Program-made: the position numbers and the translations under genes
Source: an uncultured bacterium
Lineage (GTDB): Bacteria; Vulcanimicrobiota; Vulcanimicrobiia; Vulcanimicrobiales; Vulcanimicrobiaceae
DNA length: 64,000 nucleotides
Assembly: GCA_964648945.1 (NCBI GenBank)
Contig: CAZYLU010000002.1
Location: 117,346-181,345 of the forward strand
Direction: 5' to 3'
Shown here: one piece after another, positions 57,825 through 64,000 of the stretch
How the letters are laid out: every line of letters begins with the position of its first letter
Numbering within the stretch: the first letter of the stretch is position 1
The notes under the pieces: model-generated
What the model was told of the DNA's origin: nothing
Databases searched by the model: none
The model's input: the letters and a program-made list of their open reading frames with translations, nothing else

Positions 57825-60047
57825 ATGAAGATACCGATGTTTCTTGGCGTCGTCGCGCTTGCGTTCATCGCCGCGACCGGCGCGGGTTTGACACAGCAAA
57901 CCTTTCCGCCCTCACCTCCGCCGCTGCCATCGCCGTCGCCGGTTAGCGACACGTATTTTGGAACCACGGTAACCGACCCGTATCGCTTCATGGAAACGAT
58001 GAGCGATCCGAAAGTCGCACAATTCTTCAAAGATCAAAACGCCTACACGCGATCGGTGCTGACGGCGCTTGGTGCGCCGCGGCAGCAGCTCTTCGACCGG
58101 ATCGCCGCACTGGACAAGACGGTTGCCAGTGTCTCGGGCGTACAGATTGCCGGACGGTACTATTTCTACCTGAAGCAAAATCCAAGCGAAAACTCCGCGA
58201 AGCTGTGCATGCGGCTGCGCAGCGGAGGCGCGGAGCGCGTGCTGATCGATCCAAATGCGCTCGCCGGCGTGAACTCCGGAAAGCACTACACGATCAACTA
58301 CTTCCAACCGTCCTTCGACGGGTCGTACGTCGCCTACGGCATCTCTGAAGGCGGTTCCGAACACACGATTCTTCACGTCGTCGCGTCGCCAACGGGACGC
58401 GTGCTGCCCGACTCCGTCGACACACAGTTCGGCGGCATTACCGGTTGGCTTCCGGACAACAAGTCGTTCTATTACGTGCACCTTCCCCCACTCAAACCGG
58501 GCGAACCAGAGACGATGAAGGAGACGCGCGCCGTCAATTACCTTCATGTGCTGGGAACGGACACCGCGCACGATCCAGCGATCTTCGGTTATAACGTGGA
58601 TCCCGCCGTACCGTTCGGACTCACGGATTTTCCGGTCGTAAGCTATTCGCCGGCGAGCCGGCACACGTTCGCCATTATCGCGCACGGTGTAAAAAACGAG
58701 CTGGACGTTTACGTCGCAGCTACGCCGATCGCTCGCAGCAAGACGCGTTGGGTTCACGTCGCCACGCCGGATGACGACGTCACCGGGGCAGCCGACATGG
58801 GTAACACGCTCTTCCTCTTAACGCACAAGAACGCGTCGACATTCAAAATCGTCGCGACAGCAATTTCCGCGCCGAACTTCGCAACCGCGCGCACCGTCAT
58901 AGCGCCAAGCAAAGAAGTAATCGAGTCGCTAAGCACCGCGGCCGACGGGCTCTACGTTCAGTCACGCGAGGGTGGATTCGGACGCGTTCGCAAGTACGGA
59001 CTTACGTCGAGCGGCATGCCCAGGGGTACGGCGGTCACGGCGTCCTTGCCGTTCCAAGGCACCGTTGCCGGCATGCAGACAGATCCGACAGTTCCGGGCG
59101 CCGTATTCACACTAACGTCGTGGACGCGATCGTCGCAGATCTACAACGTCAACGCGAACGGAACCGTCGCAAACACGCATCTCAAAGCACCGGCTCCAGT
59201 CGATATGTCGGGTTACACGTCGAGCGAAGTTCAGGCGAAGAGCCAAGACGGGACGATGGTGCCGCTCTCGATCGTCTACAAGAAAGGACTTCCACTGGAC
59301 GGTACGCATCCGACGTATCTCGAGGGATACGGTTCGTACGGCGTTGTCATCAATCCGTCGTTTAGCACGACGCGTCTTGCATGGCTCGAACGCGGCGGCG
59401 TTTTCGCCGTCTGCCACGTACGCGGAGGCGGGTGGTACGGTGAGGATTGGCACCGTGCCGGCATGATCGCAACGAAGAATCACACGTGGGAAGACTTCAT
59501 CGCGTGCGGCCAATATCTCGTCGACCAGAAATACACCTCGCCGGAACATCTCGCGGGCGAAGGCACGAGTGCCGGCGGCATCACGATCGGCCGCGCGATC
59601 ACGTCGCGTCCCGACCTCTTCGCTGCAGCGCTCGACGTCGTCGGCGTGAGCAACGCGCTGCGTTCGGAATTCTCGTCGAACGGACCGCCGAACATTCCTG
59701 AATTCGGCACGGTGAAGGATGAAACGGGATTCAAAGCACTGCAAGAAATGGACGCGTTCCAACACGTAGTGAACGGAACGAAGTATCCGGCTGTTATGCT
59801 GATTACAGGTTACAACGACCCGCGCGTCTCTTCTTGGGAGTTGGCAAAGATGACGGCGCGGCTGCAGTCGGCGACGAGCAGTGGACGTCCGATTCTTCTG
59901 CGCGTCGACTACGACGCGGGGCACGGTTTCCTCGCCGCGTCGCGTAAGCAGAGTGAAGAGCTGCTTACCGACGAGTATTCGTTCTTACTCTGGCAAACGG
60001 GTGATCCGGCCTTCACCACGATCCCAACCAACGTGTTTAAGTACTAG
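57825..60047 (+). CDS. S9A prolyl oligopeptidase family serine peptidase (secreted)
   Basis: ATG 57825 with signal MKIPMFLGVVALAFIAATGAGL. N-terminus DPYRFMETMSDPKVAQFFKDQNAYT, beta-propeller region. Catalytic GEGTSAGG (GxSxGG), ...TGYNDPRV, and DAGHG. Confidence 0.9.
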   Translation: MKIPMFLGVVALAFIAATGAGLTQQTFPPSPPPLPSPSPVSDTYFGTTVTDPYRFMETMSDPKVAQFFKDQNAYTRSVLTALGAPRQQLFDRIAALDKTVASVSGVQIAGRYYFYLKQNPSENSAKLCMRLRSGGAERVLIDPNALAGVNSGKHYTINYFQPSFDGSYVAYGISEGGSEHTILHVVASPTGRVLPDSVDTQFGGITGWLPDNKSFYYVHLPPLKPGEPETMKETRAVNYLHVLGTDTAHDPAIFGYNVDPAVPFGLTDFPVVSYSPASRHTFAIIAHGVKNELDVYVAATPIARSKTRWVHVATPDDDVTGAADMGNTLFLLTHKNASTFKIVATAISAPNFATARTVIAPSKEVIESLSTAADGLYVQSREGGFGRVRKYGLTSSGMPRGTAVTASLPFQGTVAGMQTDPTVPGAVFTLTSWTRSSQIYNVNANGTVANTHLKAPAPVDMSGYTSSEVQAKSQDGTMVPLSIVYKKGLPLDGTHPTYLEGYGSYGVVINPSFSTTRLAWLERGGVFAVCHVRGGGWYGEDWHRAGMIATKNHTWEDFIACGQYLVDQKYTSPEHLAGEGTSAGGITIGRAITSRPDLFAAALDVVGVSNALRSEFSSNGPPNIPEFGTVKDETGFKALQEMDAFQHVVNGTKYPAVMLITGYNDPRVSSWELAKMTARLQSATSSGRPILLRVDYDAGHGFLAASRKQSEELLTDEYSFLLWQTGDPAFTTIPTNVFKY

Positions 60048-60053
60048 AGCATC

Positions 60054-61181
60054 TCAGATAGCCGATGCCGCGCCGGGCGCGACTACCGGTTCGACGGCGC
60101 GTTTGTATTCGAACCGGTGTCCCCACGCGATAATTCGCGATTCAAAGGCGGTCCAAGAAATCCAAGCAATACCAATCGTCATAGCAGCCGCGGCGGACGT
60201 CACGAGAACCTGAGGAAGCGTCGCGATGTCCGGTTTTCCATGCAATATAACTCCATGCAGAACTACCGAAATTGGTTGATGAATGAGGTACGCGGTGTAA
60301 GAGATCATTCCGAAGAATTGCAGCCATTTGGCCTCGAGAGCCGTCCGCCAATGCAGGCCGCCGAGCAGCATCAGGATGATCGCACCGAAGCACACGGCGG
60401 CGCTCGCAATACCGAGAACATCGAATAGCCGCGTTCCGAAAAAGCGATCGATTACCGCGGTTATGGGGACGCCCCACGCAGCAACGAGCGTCAGATACAT
60501 TAGCGACCGGCAGTTGTTGCGGGTGAGGCGCCCGAACAACTCCGGAGAGCGGTAAATCAACGCAACCATGACGCCGATCAAAAGCGCGTCCCATCGGCAA
60601 AACAAAAGCGTGCCGACTCCGAATACGTTTTTCGGCATTACGGCCATAATTGCACCGCGCAAAATAGGGGCCGACAACGCGCACGCAATGACCACCGCCG
60701 GTAGCAAACGCCTCGGCGTGACAACGAGCATCAGTGGGAAGAGCAAATAGAACTGCTCCTCCACCGCGAGCGTCCACGTGGGGAGCAACCAAACTCCATC
60801 CGGAACATTGTGCATCGCCATTACGATGTTTTGCGTAAACGTGAAATACGCAAGGGGCGCAAGAGACGAGGGAACCCAATCGGCATGGGGGATTACGGCT
60901 GCGATAAATAGCACGACCAGGACTGTCGTGTAGCACGGCGGCAAAATGCGCAACGCGCGACGGGTGTAGAACGTCGAGAAAAGCGTGGTGCTCTCGCGAT
61001 TATCGATGAGAATTCCGCCGATAAGAAATCCGGAAAGAACGAAAAACAACTGTACGCCAAGCCAGCCGTCTCCGTTGGTGAAACGCAATCCATGCGGCGC
61101 GTCCCCAACGTAATGCGCGAGGAGCACGGTAAGAAACGCAATTCCGCGAAGACCGTCGATAGAACGGATCCGCCCCGTCAT
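60054..61181 (-). CDS. acyltransferase family 3 (OafA-like) membrane protein
   Basis: IRSIDGLRGIAFLTVLLAHY start motif, 10 TM, SYTAYLIHQP. Confidence 0.8.
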   Translation of the reverse strand: MTGRIRSIDGLRGIAFLTVLLAHYVGDAPHGLRFTNGDGWLGVQLFFVLSGFLIGGILIDNRESTTLFSTFYTRRALRILPPCYTTVLVVLFIAAVIPHADWVPSSLAPLAYFTFTQNIVMAMHNVPDGVWLLPTWTLAVEEQFYLLFPLMLVVTPRRLLPAVVIACALSAPILRGAIMAVMPKNVFGVGTLLFCRWDALLIGVMVALIYRSPELFGRLTRNNCRSLMYLTLVAAWGVPITAVIDRFFGTRLFDVLGIASAAVCFGAIILMLLGGLHWRTALEAKWLQFFGMISYTAYLIHQPISVVLHGVILHGKPDIATLPQVLVTSAAAAMTIGIAWISWTAFESRIIAWGHRFEYKRAVEPVVAPGAASAI

Positions 61182-61519
61182 GTGATGATTGAATCACGCA
61201 CGCGCCAACGGATAGTAGCGCTGACCTTCCCGAGCCGCGAGGCGATAGTCCCACCTTGCTTCAACGTTAACGCATTAACGCAAATGCACACCGAATCGCG
61301 GACATTGGTGTCTACTGCCGTGCCGACGACGGTCACGGTGAGAAGGGTCGAGATGCTGCGCAAACGAGTCCTAAAGACTCACCCTCTCGCTTAGCCGGGC
61401 TAGATAAAATAACAACCACGACGCTAAGGAGGACCGAACGTGCCTTTTCGGGCCATAGCGCCGGCAACAGTTTGCGTGGCCGTGCCGCCATTGTGCGGCA
61501 CTAAAATTCGGGAAGCGCC

Positions 61520-62617
61520 ATGCGAGTAAAATACATTGATGGATTGCGTGCGGTTGCAGTATTAGGTGTCGTCGTCTCGCACGCCGCCCTATATTCCAAC
61601 CTCGATCCACACGGGCCAGCCGCCTTCTATCTTCGCTCCATGGCGCACGGTGTAGATCTATTCTTTGTCCTCTCGGGATTCTGTTTGTCGTTTCCAACGC
61701 TATCGAAGCTGGCGGCGAAAGGCGAAGCGTCGTTCGACCTCGCGCGGTTTGCGGCGCATCGATTACTTCGGATCCTTCCTCCATATTGGTTGGCCATGCT
61801 CGTTACGCTGCTGGCGTTCATGCTACTAGGATGGCGGCCGGATTGGAGCCGCGTCGCGCAGCAGGCGTTTTTCCTTGACGGTCGTGGAACCTATGTTAAT
61901 CAAGTGTATTGGTCACTTTGCGTCGAGGCTAGATGGTACTTTGCATTCCCGGCACTGTTGTGGGTGTGGACGCGTTCTCCGCGCGCTTTCGCCGCAATTG
62001 CTATTCTTGTGGTGCTTGCGTGGCAAACTAGGATGGTATCAATCGATTTGCTTATGCTACCGGCGTTCATGTTGGGCGTAGTTGCGGCACATATCGTTGC
62101 TAATCGGCTTTCGATCGGCCGCTACGCCTTCCCGTTGCTCGTCGCGATCATTCCGGTCGCGCTCTTCACGATGCCGGACTATGGGGGCGTTGGAAACCGG
62201 TTTTCTGCATTTTGGGTACTTGGGGCGTTCGCGTTGGTTGTCGCCTGCGGCCATAATGATTTTCTACGAAAGGCGCTGTCGCTTCGCCCCTTGACGTGGG
62301 TCGGCATCGCTTCGTACAGCATTTATCTCGTTCATGATCCGCTAATGCAATACGTGCAGCGGCACGGCGTTTCTCCATTACTGTCAGCGTGCCTGGGCAT
62401 CGTCGTTGGGTTTGTATTTTGGGCCGCTTGCGAGCGTCCATTCGTCAGCACTCGCTTGCGAGACGTTCTCATAGCCGAGGTAACGAGAACGATGCGTCGC
62501 TGGTTTTCGGCGATTGCACTTAGCGACATGCATCTTAAAAACTCTCGCGCTTCAACCGAACCTCGGAGGTTGGATGCGGGTCGCGTGATCGTCGAAAGCG
62601 AGTGTCAGGTCGTCTGA
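61520..62617 (+). CDS. acyltransferase family 3 membrane protein
   Basis: KYIDGLRAVAVLGVVVSHA, FFVLSGFCLS, SYSIYLVHDP. Confidence 0.8.
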   Translation: MRVKYIDGLRAVAVLGVVVSHAALYSNLDPHGPAAFYLRSMAHGVDLFFVLSGFCLSFPTLSKLAAKGEASFDLARFAAHRLLRILPPYWLAMLVTLLAFMLLGWRPDWSRVAQQAFFLDGRGTYVNQVYWSLCVEARWYFAFPALLWVWTRSPRAFAAIAILVVLAWQTRMVSIDLLMLPAFMLGVVAAHIVANRLSIGRYAFPLLVAIIPVALFTMPDYGGVGNRFSAFWVLGAFALVVACGHNDFLRKALSLRPLTWVGIASYSIYLVHDPLMQYVQRHGVSPLLSACLGIVVGFVFWAACERPFVSTRLRDVLIAEVTRTMRRWFSAIALSDMHLKNSRASTEPRRLDAGRVIVESECQVV

Positions 62618-62667
62618 GCACAAATCGGATCGACCATATCACGGCCTGCACGTTCTTGGACGTACGT

Positions 62668-63150
62668 TTAGGTCGTCAACGATGACGCGGTACCTAACGC
62701 CAGGGTCGTCGATGTCGCAGAGAAGCGTGGATTCTTTTTGATTGCATCCAAAAAATTTGCGAGGTCTTTTGATGTGCGGGCGCGGACTTTTGCGAATAAG
62801 CACCAGTCGCCGGTGATTGCGTAACACTCTTCGACGACGGCGCCGTCGCAGGAGAAACTGTTCACGACGTGCGTTCCCTCATCGCATGTTCCCATCGCGG
62901 TGCGCACGTTGACGAACGCAAGAATCGGGTAGCCCAGCGACTCCCAATCGACGATGATGGTGTAACCGAGGAGCACGCCGAGGGTCTCCAGACGGCGCAT
63001 CCGGTCGCGAACTGCGGGGCGTGAGAGAGCGAGCATGCGCGAGAGATCTTCTTGGCTCGTACGCGCGTTCGCGCGGAGTGCGGCTAAGAGGCGAAGGTCG
63101 GTATCGTCGAGCCTCCGATTCGACGGGGCGGCTGGAGCTGTACTGATCAC
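62668..63150 (-). CDS. Lrp/AsnC family transcriptional regulator
   Basis: LDDTDLRLLAALRANARTSQEDLSRMLALSRPAVRDRMRRLETLGVLLGYT HTH followed by an AsnC-type ligand domain. Confidence 0.85.
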   Translation of the reverse strand: MISTAPAAPSNRRLDDTDLRLLAALRANARTSQEDLSRMLALSRPAVRDRMRRLETLGVLLGYTIIVDWESLGYPILAFVNVRTAMGTCDEGTHVVNSFSCDGAVVEECYAITGDWCLFAKVRARTSKDLANFLDAIKKNPRFSATSTTLALGTASSLTT

Positions 63151-63242
63151 GTGCTACCTCACGACTTTCAAAACGTAGGACTTTTATCGTTCCGTCTACT
63201 CTTTCGAAAACCCCGGCCGATGATTGGTTTCAGAAGGGAAGT

Positions 63243-64000
63243 ATGCGCCGCAATTCCATCCTCGATGCCCTCCCCTGGGTAGCGCTCATCACCGTGTGGT
63301 TCCTCTGGGGCTCCACGTACCTTGGTATCCGCCTCGCCGTCGAGACGATTCCGCCGTTCTTGATGGCAGGCGTCCGGTACATCATCGCAGGGTCGATCCT
63401 TACCGCAGCGATGCTGCTTTGGAAGCGCGACTTGCTCTCCCAGTTGCGCGCGCCGCAGTGGCGATCGCTTACGATGACCGCTTTTCTGTTGCTCGGCATC
63501 GGTAACGGCTTCTTGTGCTACGCGGAGATGAGCGTGCAATCGGGCATTGCCGCGATCGTCGTTGCGACGGTTCCGATTTGGATGGTGATTATCGCAGCCG
63601 TCGTGTCGCGCACCGGTATTACGCTCGGTTCCGGCATCGGTTTGGCACTCGGAACGATTGGCATCGTCGCACTTGCGGGCGTCCCGGGCGGCGGCGTTCC
63701 GCTCATCCCGACGCTCATGATGCTCGTCGGTTCGTTTTCGTGGGCGCTCGGCTCGGTCTATGCGCGTCGCCACGCCGATCTCCGTAAGAATCCGATCATT
63801 CCGGCGCTCGAGATGTTCACCGGCGGCATCATCTTATGCATCATGGGGTTGATTACCGGCGAAGGTACGCACGTGAATCTGAGCGCGATTACGCCTGCGT
63901 CGTTTGGCGGATTTTTGTGGCTGGTGGGCCCGGGCGCGCTCGTCGGCTACACTGCGTACAACTACGCCGTTCGCAAGCTTCCCACGCATATCGTTGCAAC
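63243..64000 (+). CDS. EamA/DMT family transporter (3' end outside window)
   Basis: Absent from the ORF track because no stop is reached. ATG 63243: MRRNSILDALPWVALITVWFLWGSTYLGIRLAVETIPPFLMAGVRYIIAG... continues hydrophobic to nt 64000. Divergent from the Lrp gene, a classical pairing. Confidence 0.8.
   Translation, partial: MRRNSILDALPWVALITVWFLWGSTYLGIRLAVETIPPFLMAGVRYIIAGSILTAAMLLWKRDLLSQLRAPQWRSLTMTAFLLLGIGNGFLCYAEMSVQSGIAAIVVATVPIWMVIIAAVVSRTGITLGSGIGLALGTIGIVALAGVPGGGVPLIPTLMMLVGSFSWALGSVYARRHADLRKNPIIPALEMFTGGIILCIMGLITGEGTHVNLSAITPASFGGFLWLVGPGALVGYTAYNYAVRKLPTHIVA

Overview
High-GC bacterial chromosomal window, probably from a diderm because a secretin is present. I call about 75 features. 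There are three parts. (1) 0-5.6 kb holds a partial class III cyclase, a CobB sirtuin, an ECF sigma/anti-sigma pair, a GNAT and a small wHTH + membrane-protein operon. (2) About 5.66-17.10 kb looks like an accessory segment abutting the 3' end of a tRNA-Sec gene (17104-17197). It is filled with hypothetical secreted, lipo- and membrane proteins. It also has three copies of a 157-bp MITE-like repeat, long non-coding gaps, and at least four genes broken by single-nucleotide frameshifts. No integrase is visible. (3) 17.2-40 kb is housekeeping: histidine kinase, typA, clpB, add, selB-selA-trxA-gyrA, tsaE-tsaB-rimI-yqeK-rsfS. It is followed at 40.4-57.8 kb by a large non-canonical Tad/Flp pilus supercluster in two divergent operons. 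That cluster has four Flp pilins, two prepilin peptidases, a TadZ-TadA fusion ATPase, a secretin, three TadE/G pseudopilins and several uncharacterised accessory genes. After it come an S9 peptidase, two acyltransferase-3 genes and an Lrp/EamA pair. A second repeat family (REP-like palindromes, 4 copies) sits directly after stop codons. No CRISPR array, rRNA, transposase or integrase was seen. All calls come from reading the translations and the DNA by eye; nothing was searched against databases.
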